Shown: positions 1 through 14,908 of the stretch, one piece after another
Layout of the letters: every line of letters starts with the position of its first letter
Position numbering within the stretch: position 1 is the stretch's first letter
Assembly: GCF_009914755.1 (NCBI RefSeq)
Contig: NC_060930.1
DNA length: 64,000 bases
Strand: one strand, 5' to 3'
Origin: the human T2T-CHM13v2.0 reference genome, Homo sapiens
Made by a program: the position numbers and the translations under genes
The notes under the pieces: model-generated
What the model saw: only the letters and a program-made list of their open reading frames with translations
Databases searched by the model: none
What the model was told of the DNA's origin: nothing

Positions 1-1015
1 CTTATGGCTACTATTATAGTTCATGAGATGTTGGACAGCATTTGGTTTGTTTGGTAAGAGAAGAACAAATATGGCTAATTGTTAATAAGGTCCCCTGGCT
101 ATGGTTTTTGTTCTTATAACAGAGTTTAGAATATCAGAGCATTTCTTGAATCATACATCATTATTGTCCAGTGAATTCAAGACCAAATACAATATCGGGA
201 GAAAATACAAACTCCCTGTGTTTAAGAATAGGGGATTATAATGGCTCAAATTGGTTCATTTGATTTCTAAAAATACCATGACCTTTAAAAATTCTTTTAA
301 TAGATCATGTTATTGGCAGTATTTATATAAAAACCATGGATTTAGAAAGGTATATTTAGCTTTATTATAATAGATACGTTACTATTTTGGAAATATATAT
401 ATTTTCACACCTGTAGTACTCTTCCCCATTTCCTCTGACACTCATGCAGAATGAGATCAGGCATATTTGTGGTTGACATACTCTAGATAGCTTTTCCAAC
501 AAATCTTTGAAAAGCAATCTTGGAAAGGAATTCATTAACTAAATGGGGTAAAAGGTTTCTTTTTCTTTGAGAGTTAAGTCCTTCCTCAAAAAATTTTCTT
601 ATGCTCCATAAAATTGAGGTAGAATATTTTCATTATTCTTGCAGCTAAGCAAGACAGCCATATGATGCAGGTTATGCAGTGCCTTCATATCTAAAACTTT
701 TATACTGCACTTTTTAAAGCTTTTATGTTGAGGAAAGGAAAAGGGCATTTGTCTAAACATGGATTCTGAGTTGTATATATTTCCTATCATTCTAAAAAAG
801 TGAATTTGTGAAGCAAAGTTTTGCCAGATGTTAAACTTTGAATTTAATATACCAGATTATTAAAATATTGTCCATTAACTAGTTCATAGATTTTAAAAGT
901 AAAATACTTCTGACTGTTAAAACTATATAAAGAAAATCTCATTTGTCTAATTGCAATTAAAAGAAAAATGTTAAAATATTAAAATGAAAATAAAAGCATT
1001 ACTTTCCAACAAAGA
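1..1015 (+). other. ASF1A: Distal 3' UTR of a plus-strand gene, probably ASF1A (nested antisense in an MCM9 intron)
   Basis: Repeat-free and AU-rich, with AATAAA at 989-994 and 3'UTR-type motifs at 679-779. The gene identity rests on recalled locus organisation; no ASF1A CDS is in the window. Confidence 0.6.
989..994 (+). terminator. Polyadenylation signal AATAAA (putative ASF1A)
   Basis: AAAATAAAAGC at the end of the AU-rich unique segment; a second AATAAA lies at ~1059-1064. Confidence 0.5.
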
Positions 1016-1675
1016 GCTCAGTGGTTAATATAATAGGAACAACATATGTGCTTATTAGAAATAAAGCATATACAGCCAAATCACCAAATAAAGCCATTTA
1101 CTGCTGAGTTTTTATTCTGACTAATTATAACAATCTATTTGTAGTGACATCAAAGGGTTAGGTTTTTGTATCAAGTTGTAAATGGACAACCAATTTTCAC
1201 TTAAGCTTGGGACATGCGAACCATTACCTTTTGTTATCTTAAATTTTATCACTCTAAGAATTTTTTTAATGACTGAAAATAGATTTAGACTTCAAACATT
1301 AGAAACGTAAGAAACTGTAGCACATAAGTTTTTTTTCCACCCGGTCTAGCGTCATTTGCCAATACTGTATCTGAAGAACTATTTTCCACCCTTTTGCTCA
1401 TAGTAAATAGCTGTGTCCTAAGAATATAAACATGAACCAATGACTTATGCCACTAAGATGGAGGCATTAAGGGTATTATTTGGGCTGAGAAAACATTCCA
1501 GAGGTCTGAAGAAGTATGCATGCATTTATTTGCCCATTCATAACCTTATACAACTTTAGGCTCCCATATAACTATACCCTCTAATTTTAGGATTTGGGGT
1601 TTCTAGCTTTCCCAAGAATGTCTATGGCAGCAGTTATCAAAACTTTTTACCATAATCCATGGTATAAAAAACTTA

Positions 1676-1977
<302 letters not shown>

Positions 1978-3465
1978 GACTCCATAACAAGTTTATATTT
2001 ATGTTAAAAAATTTCATGAAAACACATCCTTAGTGCACCTTTACTATGCAGTATTCTGGTTTTTTTTTAATTGTATTTTACTTTGAAAGTGCTGGTTTTG
2101 ACCCACTGAATTGACTTTTATGACTCTAATGGGTTGCAGTACACAATCTGAAGAAAGGCTAGCGTGGCCCTTTGGGTAGACCAGAAGTAGCAATAACTAT
2201 TCTATAACCGTAAAATTTATATTCCCTATACTTGTTCTCTCATATTTGGATTATGATCTTTGCATTAAAAAGGAGGAAATGTGCTAATATACTTTTATAC
2301 TAATTCACTAATCCAGTGAATCAGCAGCAATTCACTTTCAAACTGCCCAAATACTCTGAAATTACCAGTCATCCACTTAGATGGCTTGGACTCATTTCTT
2401 GACACTCTACATAATTACTTAGGAAACATTCCACATAATTACTTGGGAAGCATCTTTATTTGTTGTTGGTATCATTTTATACAGAACTCTAGAACACTGG
2501 GTCATACGGATTTAAAACGCATGGGAAATATTCTTTATATATTCTTGCCTAGTATCCTGAAGTTTGTCTACCCTTCTCAATTCCAAAAATCCATTCTTGT
2601 CAATGGTTAATATACTGTTGAGTTATATTTCAAAACCTGAGACCTCCTTAACAGTTTTCCACTTATACAGGACCATTAATTGGCCATTTTCTGTTGTATG
2701 ATAAATTTTAAAGTGTTAGTTTCTCATTAGAAATTTGAGCATTCATTAGCCCAATGGAAGTTAATCTGACTCCCTTAACAAGTAGCAAACATTTTTAAAA
2801 TGTGTGAAGCCAAGGGTCTGTTTTCAGAAGAACAGAAACATTACCCAATCAAAACTGTAAAAATACAAAATAGCATCAAACATATTTTTTAAAATAATTT
2901 TTTTCTAAATTCCCTGGGTCACTTTATTTATAATCAAATCTTGACATTCTACCTGCAAAGGCTTTTAAGTGTACTTGCTAAAGAATCATTACAACTTATG
3001 AATGAAGCTCCACATTGCAATGATGGAAGTATATTTTCCAAATATTAATAAACATTCCCTACCTAAGAAATTTCAGTAGGAGCTACTGTTGCCTATCAGA
3101 TTTATGAGCATGAAAATGCCTTAAGCTCTATACCATCTATCTACTTGGTAAAGTGAAATATCCCCCTCTTTAGTTTAACATTCCAGTTGCTGAGTCTTGA
3201 TAAAATGCCAGATGATACGGACTTTTTCCTGCATAAAAGTATGAAGGTAATCACTAGAGAATGAGAAAATTGAATAGGATTGTTCAAAACTAAGATGCAA
3301 AGTGAAGGTGGAGCTTGCAAGATATTTTCTTAGAGCTACCAAAATAACATTGCATATTTCCTTCCATTTTTAGTGGTAACTCAAAAATTAGCTTGAAATT
3401 TATCCTATTATAGGTAGTTTTTCATTAGAAAAAACCATTGTGTTAACTTCTGAAGTAATGTTAAA

Positions 3466-3491
3466 TTACTTGAAATTGTCACATACAATAC
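3466..3491 (-). CDS. MCM9: Intron read-through tail of the short MCM9 isoform (GIVCDNFK-stop; 391 aa total)
   Basis: Reading through the donor gives GGT ATT GTA TGT GAC AAT TTC AAG TAA; 383+8=391 codons, matching my recollection of a short MCM9 isoform. Minus-strand AATAAA at 2923-2928 and 2455-2460. Confidence 0.75.
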
Positions 3492-3611
3492 CTGCACTAG
3501 TAGATCCAATTCCTGTGGTCAGCACAGATCTTGGTGTAATCTTTGCTGCATATTTGAGGAACTGAGATTTCCCTGTGCCAGGATCCCCAACCAATAAAAG
3601 ATGAGATTCTC
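3492..3611 (-). CDS. MCM9: MCM9 coding exon 6 (c.1031-1150), AAA+ Walker A: [39 protein letters not shown]
   Basis: Acceptor ttttcctag|GA, donor GCAG|gtattg; 120 nt; phase matches the preceding exon; MCM-type P-loop GDPGTGKS. Confidence 0.97.
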
Positions 3612-3878
3612 CTAGGAAAAAGCAAATACATGAAGTTTTAAATTTCTATAAAAGGGTCCATTTGGAATGCCAACAAAATATTACATAGTGTTTTTACTGT
3701 GTACTTTTACATAGGGTCGTTTGAGAAAGGATTTAACTAGAAAATCTTCAGAAAGTTAACTGTCATAAACAGTCCTTAATTGATTACTCAATGTGACATA
3801 GAATCTAAATTCTATTAATAAATTATGTGCTATTTCCAGATGTTCAGGCCTATGTTTAACATTTTAAAAAATATCTGG

Positions 3879-4004
3879 GGCCAGGTGCGGTGGCTCACAC
3901 TTGTAATCCCAGCATTTGGGAGGCCAAGGCAGGAGGGTCACTTGAGCCCGGAAATGTGAGACCAGCCTGGGCAAGACTCCATGTCTACAAAAACAAACAA
4001 AAAA
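3879..4004 (+). mobile_element. Alu left monomer (FLAM/AluJ fragment)
   Basis: Left-arm Alu sequence only. Confidence 0.8.
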
Positions 4005-5136
4005 TTTTTGGCTTATAAAGTTTCTGATTTACTCTATTTTTAAATATCAAACTACTATGATTAAATCCTTGCATACAAGTCATATAAGTATTTTATTCTA
4101 TTTTTATTTAAGCACTTAGAAGTATTAGGGATTTTACAAGTACTTTACAAATATCAAATTATGATTCTAACAGTTAAGTGAAGACCTTTTCATTTATGAA
4201 AATTTTAGTAACTTAGTGAAATATGTATCTTAAAATAAGTACTCATTTTGCAAATGTAACATAAATAACGTGCATATCCTATGGTACATATGATTTCACT
4301 GACCAAGTTTCTTCAGCAATTCTCAAGTGTTTCCTAAATACATTAATAGGAAACCCCTATTTAAGCTCAACATTTGGCAGAGTGCCTTGCAAAACAGTAG
4401 GTGATCAAAACATATAAGGACACCTTATACTTACTATTCTATACTGTACTATATGGTTTTCGAGTCCCTACTAACAGCCTGATTTATAACAATGCCCTTT
4501 TAGTCTTTTGGTTTAATTTTTGGTTATTATGGCCCACGTACAGGGCCGTAATAACCCGTATGCCAGACTCTGGTTAAGTGTGTTAGCTGCAAAAGAGCTT
4601 TCTGCCATCTGGACATAATTATACACTTAAGAGTAATCTTTTCTTGAAGGTGTGACCTGCAGCAGCACCCCATGGCAGATGGCACATTTGCTATCTACCA
4701 GCAGAAGGAGAATCAGCAGGCAGATGACTGAAAGCAGCAGTCTAAGAGAAACACAGTGACAGCCACAGATGGAGAGACGCTGACTGGAGACATTAAAATA
4801 CACTATTTCTAATCTTTTTCCTTTTGAAAACAGACCGGGGATCCAACAAAAAACACAGTAATAGAAACAAAGATTTTATTTTGTGGCATCCTTATAGGCT
4901 ATAGCAAAAGTATATGCCATAGAAAAATGTAACTTCTTTCAGTCTTTCTGGAACTCTAGAAAGTAGCTTCTGATATACAGATGCTAGACTAAGTATAAGA
5001 TATTCAGACAACTGTCAGTTTTATAAGATTACAATTGGAAAATAAAACCCAACGAGCAGTTTTTATTTGGGAAAGAAAAAGTTCTAGCTTCCATCCATGT
5101 GTCAATATTACTCAAAATTTCTAAATAGGTACTAAC

Positions 5137-5262
5137 CTCTGACCCGTGTTCCTGTAGCATCAGTCCTTTGAATCCCACCAGCCAGCACCATGGCCACAGC
5201 AAGCTTTACTAGATACATTCCAAACACTTGAGGGCACAAGCTAGCCAATATTACATTCCTTC
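5137..5262 (-). CDS. MCM9: MCM9 coding exon 5 (c.905-1030): [41 protein letters not shown]
   Basis: cttttcctag|GA ... AGAG|gttagt; 126 nt; MCM-typical motif at the start of the AAA+ domain. Confidence 0.97.
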
Positions 5263-5452
5263 CTAGGAAAAGCAGAAAGATCAGAAATCAGCAATAATTT
5301 TCAAGAAACCCCAACTGAAATTTCCCTTCCTTTCCTATCTGACCATCCTCATTTAAATATACTCTACTATGTGAAGTGATCAGGAGGTCCAATTCCAAAT
5401 GACCAACAGGATTAAAGGAGGAAATAACTTTGTTTTGGTTCAAAATGTCCTG

Positions 5453-5765
<313 letters not shown>

Positions 5766-6649
5766 TGACAATTTCAGTAAAATTACTCCACTGCCTAAAT
5801 AAAAGGAAGGTATTCAATCTCAGAAATAATGAGTCAGATCATACAAGTCAGTAATCTTTAAATACAGAGGTAGCTGGAGCTCATGAAGCTGCTCCAAAGG
5901 TATAAGAAATAAGTAAAAAATCCACCCTCCAAGTCAATTCAGCATTTGCTCTGAGCAGTCTGGTAAATTCTGTTTTCTCTGGAACAAAGTTACAGGGGCA
6001 TCAAGGCATTAAGAAGATCACTGCACACCACAACCCTAGCAGTGTAAGTATGAGATCTCGAATTCTTCTGATCATGTGCTTTAAATAAAAGAACATCACT
6101 GTTTGGGGTTCTGTTTTCAGAAATAACGCACCAAATCTGAGAATCTGCCTATCTCTTCCATGAATAAAGCAGGTATTTCATTCAGTCATTGGCCTAACCA
6201 ACCTATGGAATTCCAACAAGCCATTCCTGAGCCTTTCCACGACTTATGGCCCTATACACAAAGGCTACTTTTTGTAATGAATCAACATTGATTCAGTGGC
6301 AACTAATCTATGATGATGTGGCCTGCGATGGCAGAAATGGTGAAGAAAGAAAATCTTTTAGTAAAAAAGGAACCAGAAGATTTAGTAAATCCAGGAAGTT
6401 CATTACTTGCTGAAGGAATCCCTCCCTGTTTGGAGTTAGAAAGCCTGGAGAAAAGGTCAGGAATCCAAGCAGATAAGACTTGACAGCAGGTAGGTAAATT
6501 GTGACCAGAATCTAGTGATTACATGTGGAAGGAAAGAAGAAACAGCCCCAACAAACAGGTTCAAGAGTAGGCAAATTGATCTGGGAATTACATAAGCCAA
6601 AACTTAGAGCCAATTTTACTGAGTAACATGCTGATGGGAAGCATATCCC

Positions 6650-6880
6650 TGTGGTAAGAGGACAGGCTCTGGTGTCATGTTTGGATTCAAATCCCAGTGC
6701 TATTAATTACCAACTGTCTGACCTTAGGCAAGTTTCTTAACCTCTGCCTCCATTTCTTGTCTGCAAAATGGAGATTATAATGGTATCAAGACAGAATTGT
6801 TGAGAATCAAGGGAGTTAGTAAGTATACAACACATTAAATAATAACTGGCATATAGTGGGAACTACTTAACTGTAACTGT
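6650..6880. mobile_element. MIR fragment
   Basis: MIR core GGATTCAAATCCCAG...TGACCTTAGGCAAGTTTCTTAACCTCT. Confidence 0.75.
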
Positions 6881-7923
6881 TAGCTATTTTATTACCTGTA
6901 TTATTTGTGCATCTTTCTGATCTAAAGATTTCCTCACACTGTGGTCAACACAAAAGACTACAAAGGTAGGACTGGGGTCCCAGAGAGAAGCAAAAAGGAA
7001 GGGCCAAATGTGTTGTCTAAGTTGAAAAGCTTGATTCCTTAGATCATGGCAGCAGAAGATCTCATGGCTATATCATGGAAGAAAATGCATTAGCACCAGT
7101 ACTACCCCCATCCTCACCTCCCTCCCAAATTTCTAGTTCTAGACCATGTCAATAGTGTGGCAAAGGCCTAGTTATCTACTCTTGTGTGGCCCTCAGTTAT
7201 CTCAATGAAGAGAACTTAGTAGGCCCTTAGTAATCTCAGAATTAAGATAAGTCAGTGACCCCCAAAGAGGGTTCAGATGGCCCAAAACACTCCAACCCTT
7301 ACATCTGGGTTTCTAACATCTAAGCACCAGGGTCAAGGAATCCCTCAGGTGACAGCAGATCAGAATAAGGCCCCTAGGTTCATCCTAGCCAGTACCCACA
7401 GGATCAGGTCTTAAGCAAGTCAACCTCCAAGTGCTGATCAGTGAAGCATTCTCCAGCTTTAGACCAGCAAAATGAAGATGTTCTGTTGGATACAGCTTCC
7501 CAACTTCACCTCTCCTCCCTCCAACACACTCACCAACACTCTGAAATGGAGGAATACCAGTACACTGGTGCTGGTCCATAGGAAACTGAGAATCCATTCA
7601 TACTAACAAGAGAAACACTGCCTTATTTTCTTGCTATCTTCCTACTTATATTTCTCACAAGACTATTATATTTACTTCTGCCTTTTATCCAATAAATGGC
7701 TCATGCAACAGTAGCCTAATTAAAACAAGACAGATTCTTTAATTGCCAGCACAAAGCACGTCTGAAGATCTAGTTAGAGTACCATATGATGGCCTTCCCT
7801 TCATTGTTAAGAGGTAGAACTGAGCTGTGACACTGTAATAAATAAATAAATAACAGTGGTCCAAGGAAGAGTTACAAATTTTTATAAGGATAGAATCCTA
7901 AGAAACCATTTTCAGGCTGTTCA

Positions 7924-8051
7924 GGCTGGGCACAGTGTAATCTCAGCACTTTGGGAGACGGAAGTGTGAGGATCGCTTGAGCCTAGGAGTTCAAGACCAG
8001 CCTGGGAAACATAGCATAGTGAGAACCCTGTCTACTTTAAAAAAAAAAAAA
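7924..8051 (+). mobile_element. FLAM-type Alu monomer
   Basis: Monomer with an A-tail. Confidence 0.8.
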
Positions 8052-8262
8052 GAAACCATTTTAATTTTAAAAATCATTTAAAAATGTATGATTCTTAAAG
8101 TGCCTGCTTCATAAATCTATAATGTAGAGAACTTTTGCTTCTTTCAATACAGATCAGAAAAAAGAAAGATCAGGAACTACTAATGTGCTATACATTTACA
8201 CACACACACAAAAAAAAAAGAAAAAAGAAAAAATCCCATAAAATAAAACTATCCCTATTTAG

Positions 8263-8680
<418 letters not shown>

Positions 8681-9408
8681 TAATTTAGCATGTGATTTAA
8701 GAATAAAGTAATCAATATCTCTTAGATTTGAGGGGAGTGTTATTAGAAACGTCTATTACTGGCTTCAGTTTATTTTTCTCAAAAGATGTCTCCATGGAGA
8801 AATGAAAACAGGCACTTGAAGATTTAATTGGTGCTTTACACACTTGAGATTTTTTAATAAAATACACTACAAACCCAATGGCTGTGATGTTTTATTCTAT
8901 GTAATTACACCTGAATGTCACAGTCAAAATTTTTGCTTGTGATGACAAAGCTTATCGTCTGCATCTTCTCTCATCTTTTTCCTAGTTATTCCCTGTTTTA
9001 AAATCTTCAGCCAAAATAGTGTAGAGTTAGATCTTTATTATTGAAAATACATCAAAGAAAAACAATGGCTTTAATAGGATGAGGGTTCATAAAAGGATGA
9101 GTTTTGCCTTTTTAAAGAACTATATTTTTAATTGATATGATAGGAAACTCTGAAATTGTTTTGGCAGTGTATAAGGTGTTTAAAATAATAGTTAGAAATG
9201 AAATATCTCCAGGCAGGTTGCTAAATAGAAGAGTATGGCAGAAAAAGGCTTCAAAGGGAGACTATAGCTAGAGGTAATGACTAATCCTACCCTTTAAACT
9301 CAGTCATTGAGTTATGCGGCATATAAGACTGTCAAATCACAGACATCATATTTAACCACTGAATGTAATACCATTAATAATAATCAGTTTTAGCCCTTAA
9401 ACACAAAC

Positions 9409-9609
9409 CTGCAAAGGGATCGCTCTTATAGTATTCCCAAAAATCTTCGAATTCCTTTTGGACCTCCTCATCCATGATGATCCCTGAGGACTGCTCATTA
9501 TTTACTTGGATGTAATTTGCTTTCAGGACTATCTCCACTTCACAGCGCACATCTTGCTGAAAGGGCTTCCACCGTTGCATTACAATCCCGTAAATAGTGA
9601 GGTCATCAC
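9409..9609 (-). CDS. MCM9: MCM9 coding exon 4 (c.704-904): [34 protein letters not shown]...YKSDPFA
   Basis: ttttcctag|GT ... GCAG|gtttgt; 201 nt; overlaps ORF 9374..9580. Confidence 0.96.
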
Positions 9610-11099
9610 CTAGGAAAAAGCATCAAGTGAGTCCAGCAGTAGCATCCTGCATGCTGAGCACAGACTCAAAATGACAAAGGACCAGAAATTAGAAATAAAC
9701 CACTCCCTTACTAGAGTTTACAATATGTACACTCATCCAGAAAACAATTCAGGGGCAGAATAGCACCCCAGATTCTTGACTGTTGTCCCCCACAGTCATG
9801 TATCTGTAAAGTGAAAAGCTGAAGTCAGTATTTCCTATTTTTCATAACCTGCTACATGATAATCCTACAAAATTATTACTTTTCACTGGGAAAATAGTTT
9901 ACTGGATGATTCATTCATCACAGTTACATTGGATGAAATGTTCATCCTCTGAGTCTCTAACCATTTAGCTCTCATTTAGAGAAGAGATGTAGGAACTGCA
10001 GCCAGAAGGTTAAACTATAATTTGGAGTCAGGAAAAGAGATAACCTTGTGATGACTGGCAGGTAGTTTGGGTTTCTTACATGTTCATTTTTACTTAACTC
10101 ATTTGCTAATATTTTACTCACTGCCCCCCCACATCTTTTTTAGTGAACCAAAGAAACAATGAACTAAGAAATGAATAAATGCCTGTTATGCTTCAAAGTT
10201 CCTTCCCACAAAATATAAAAGCACAAGATACAATCCTGCTTGTTCCTTGCTGATGGTTCTCTCCTACCTGAGGAAACCCTCCCACCATTCCTGGTAGGCA
10301 GAAGCAACTTTTATAGATTTTCCTAAGAGGCCCTGGGTAGTTTATAGGCACACTCGCCAAACACTGCCATCTGTACTTGTTACGACATACAATGCAATGC
10401 ATCAGTTAACAAGTATATACAAATGTTTGGCCTTCCATATTTTGGTACTGGAGAAAGTGGGCCAAAAACAAACATGAAAAAAATCATAATCCTGGTCCCC
10501 CCAAATTTTAATCTTGTTGAACACAGGGTGTTGGATGTGCCCCAACCCCAATTCTGGTATTTATATTTTGCATAATAAACACTGTCTCAGAACTAACAGG
10601 CAATTCTTCATTTCCAAGCCTTTGTGCCAATTATATGATATGTGCTGATGAAAAATGCCTTTCACTCTCTAAATTTCAATGAGTAATCTGCATAGCTTTT
10701 GATTTCCTAAAGGAAAATGCTAAATTCATGGAACTGGTGGTGCCAATCCACAGAATAGAAGGCACATTTCTAGTTTAAGGCAACTTCATACTACATAGTT
10801 ACAAACACATTAAGTAAGTGCTTTACAAGTTTCCAAGATCTTTCCTAAGCCACTACTTAATGATTTTCAAACCCAATCAGGAATGATGATCATTTACTAT
10901 ATTGTCTGGCCCCAAATTTCTAGGTAAAAATGATTGGGGGCAACTTTACATAAGGACATGGAACAATTCTCTATTATGGTCATTTTAATGGATTATGTTT
11001 AGGTTGTTTCTAAACTAGTTAAATGAGGAACTTAATGTTTAGATATATGACCCGTAAGTAATAATCTAATGTCAATAAGCAGTGATTATGTGGAAAATA

Positions 11100-11345
11100 C
11101 AGAGCACTGAAGCATGGCCAAGAGTACTGACCTCATCAGATTTGGATTTAAATCCCAGCTCCACTGCCCATAGGCTACGTGACCTTGGGCAAATTACCTA
11201 CCTTTCCTAAGCCTGTTTCTTGAACTACAAAATGTGAATGATTATATTTACATCACAGTACTATAATGAGAATTAGATCGGATAATGTACGTAAATTACT
11301 TAATGCAGTATCTAGAAGACGGCAAGTGCTCAGTAAATATTAGCT
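11100..11345. mobile_element. MIR
   Basis: AATCCCAGCTCCACTGCC...GTGACCTTGGGCAAATTAC core. Confidence 0.8.
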
Positions 11346-12169
11346 CTTCTTATACTAAACCTACCTTACATTTGTAAAGTAATTAATACCTTTAAAAGCC
11401 CTTCAATATATACGTGTTTTCTTTACTCAAATAATTACTGAATGGCAGATTCATATAATCACCAGAACAATTGTGAGGTATACATGATAGTCCAAGACAA
11501 CAGATATTCACCTTAAACTTCTGTATTTTTCAAAAGTAATGTTATAAGCAATGTTATTTTCAGGAAGCTAAAATTCTTACTTTTCTACAATCCAGTCTCT
11601 CTGTGCCCCTGTATCATCTGCGGCATCTTTACTACTGTAGCCATTGCCAGTCAGACCCATCTCTCGGATCTCCTGTGGCACTGACATTTACCAGCACACA
11701 CCCTCCAACTTCATTACTCTGCATGTGCCAAAGTGGGGTTCCTAACTAGATCGTAAATTCCTGAAGGGCAAGGATTATATACTATTTGTCTTTTGATTCC
11801 CACAGAGGTTTATAGCTAATGATACATGAAAAAATAGCTGTTGATAGATTGCTTCTATCCATCCTTCATTATTAATGACATTTGAAAGAAAAACAACTTA
11901 AGACTTATTTCCAGTACAGAAAGAATTCAGTTTAGATGAACTGCATGAAAAGATCTTATTCTCAATTGATGGATATTTTCATGTTCAGGCTGAGCTTATA
12001 TAAGAACTGCATTGCTGAGACAGATATTACAGATTTAGGTTAAAATCTAGTCCTATATGAGCAAGGTATTTTGACATATTCTGGGGTTGCTTAGCAGGCA
12101 ATCCATAATCAAAGCTGTTATCTCATTAGTATACTATTTACACAACTGTACGTTAATATACGTCGGCTA

Positions 12170-12749
12170 TCTGAAACCTAGAAGAGGTCCCTCACCAGAA
12201 TCCGAAGACACTGGCATCCTGATCTCCAACCTCCAGCCTCCAAAACTGTGAGAAATAAATATTTGTTGTTGAACCCACCTAGTCTATGGTGATTTGTTAG
12301 AGCAGCCTGATATAGTTTGGATAATTGTCCCCATTCAAATCTCATGTTGAGATATAATCCCTAGTATTGGAGGAGATGCCTGGTAGGAGGTGTCTGGATC
12401 ATGCAGGTGGATCCCTCATGAATGGCTTGGGCCACCCTTTTGGTGATAAAGGAGCTCTCACTCTGAGTTTGAATGAGCTCTGTTCATTTAAATGTGTGTG
12501 GCACCTCCTCCCTCCCCACTCTTGCTCCTGCTTTTACCATGTCATGTGCCTGCTCCCCCTCTCCCTTCTGCCATGATTGTAAACTTCCTGATGCCTCAGA
12601 AGAAGCTGAGCCTATGTCTGCACCATGCTTCCTGTACAGCCTGTGGAACTGTGAGCCAATTAAACCTCTTTTCTTTATAAATTGCCCCGTCCCAGGTATT
12701 TCTTTATAGCAACGCAAGAATGGACTAACAGCCCAAAATGACTAAAACA
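12170..12749 (+). mobile_element. MLT1A-like LTR 3' part interrupted by an MST-family MaLR LTR (12309-12730)
   Basis: MLT1 end CAGCCTCCAAAACTGTGAGAAATAAAT...GCAGCC, then TGATATAGTTTGG...GGACTAACA, then GCCCAAAATGACTAAAACA. Confidence 0.8.
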
Positions 12750-13852
12750 TCACCCTTCCACAAATACTTTTAAGTTTGATTTCTTCTTAGTCTCCCCAGT
12801 GAGGAGAGGGAACATGATGAGTTGACAGGGACAAAGGAGAACTCAGGACCAGTCTGGTTAGCCTAAAGAGTAAAGCATAAGCTCAGAATGACACTGGAAC
12901 AATCAGGCTTTCGGAACTCTCAGATTTCCAGAACAGTTCTGAGGCTCAGAAAGTCTTTAAATTGCCTGGAACATTGCAGATTATTATCCAGATCAACTGC
13001 CACTGTAGGGCCTAAATCCCTAACAATGTACTGTATATGCTGTGCTTGATTGTCTATGAGAAAAAGAACTCATCACCATCTAAGGCCCATGTTAGACACC
13101 TCTAATTATTAGGTATTGAGTCAAAATCTACCTCCTTGTGGCTTACCCCACTGAAACCCAACAGCAACTTCTGTAATTACAATTCTATTTCTATGTGACA
13201 GTCTTCTAACTATTGAAAGTTGGCTGTCATGTCCTTCCTCAGGGTTCTCCATGCTAACCATGTATAGTTCTTCATTGAGTATGGGTTTCAAGTACCCTCC
13301 CAATTCAGGTATCGGCCAATGAAAACATTGAGGACCCTCAGAAGACAGCAGACTACAATCAGTGACTCCAATCACGGTGTCACCAGCACAGAGCAGAGAG
13401 GAATGATGTCCTTTCTTCTAGGCACCAATAAGACACGCAGCAGCATTTAACAGAGTCACATTCTCTAATTCATTTTATAAAAATACCCATTAAATTCACT
13501 ACATTTTTTAAAGTTCCTGCTGTTAAGCTATAGTGCACTGAAAAGAGCCTTAAATTAGACATCAGTGGTTCTGGATTCATGTTCCAGTTATGCCACTTAA
13601 CTCTCTAAGTGACCTTAGACAAGTCAGGTTCTTCATTCATAAAACAAGCACCTGGACTAGCTGCTGTTGTATAGATCTAGCCCAGCTCTCTTCCTGCTAT
13701 CACTTCCCACCTGCCAGTTTCTAATCTCAAGGTGAGCAATTACAGCTCTACATTTCCCTTGCCAGTGATCTTGGGAAAATAAAAAGTGGCTTTTCCTAAT
13801 CAATACTTTAGGACTACCTACACAAGCTAAAAAAAAATTCCCCTCTTCTTAC

Positions 13853-13934
13853 CAGATTTGCAACTATCCACTAAGTCATCTTCCAGAATAACCTTCATAG
13901 ATCGTGGAATACTTCCAACAGATAGCCTTTGAAC
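13853..13934 (-). CDS. MCM9: MCM9 coding exon 3 (c.622-703): [27 protein letters not shown]
   Basis: ctttgctag|GTT ... TCTG|gtaaga; 82 nt; MCM OB-fold GxIPRS...LxDDLVD motif. Confidence 0.97.
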
Positions 13935-14597
13935 CTAGCAAAGAAAAGAAAACAGATTCTGAGTATGCTTAAATACATGTTAAGTATCCAGAAGTCTAGC
14001 AGTACTTGAAATTACTATTTTTATTTCTCTGGTATATCATACGATTTAATTATAATGGGGATTTAAGTAATTTTTCTTGAAAACTATGTCTACTATCAAT
14101 TTAAGAATTCACTAAATAAAATACACATATGGAAAATATCTCCAAATATGATCTATATAATCTACCTTGCGGGTGGTCAAAGTAAACGTATGCTCCAACT
14201 ACTAAATTTAATAACAAAGTTAACTTTATCTAGAAAAGAGGGGTATTTCTTTCCTGATCGCTAATCAAAAGACCTGGGACAAATCACCCAGTCCCTATGA
14301 TTACTCCTTAGTAACAGAACCCTAGTTTTATTCCATGTGGACATGCGCCTAATACAAAGACTGTATTTCCCAGGCTCCCTTGAACATTGAACATAGGTAT
14401 GGTCATATGATAGAACTCTGACCAATGAGATATCATAAGCAGACAATGCAAGAGACTTCTTAAGTGGAGAATTGGTTAGGTGGTAGGCACTTTTGCCTAT
14501 TGTTCTCTGACTACAACACACATGTGATGGAGTTGTAGCCAGCATCCTGGCCCACAGCCAATCATCAGAAGAGAAGCCATGTATTAAGAATGGTTGA

Positions 14598-14908
<311 letters not shown>

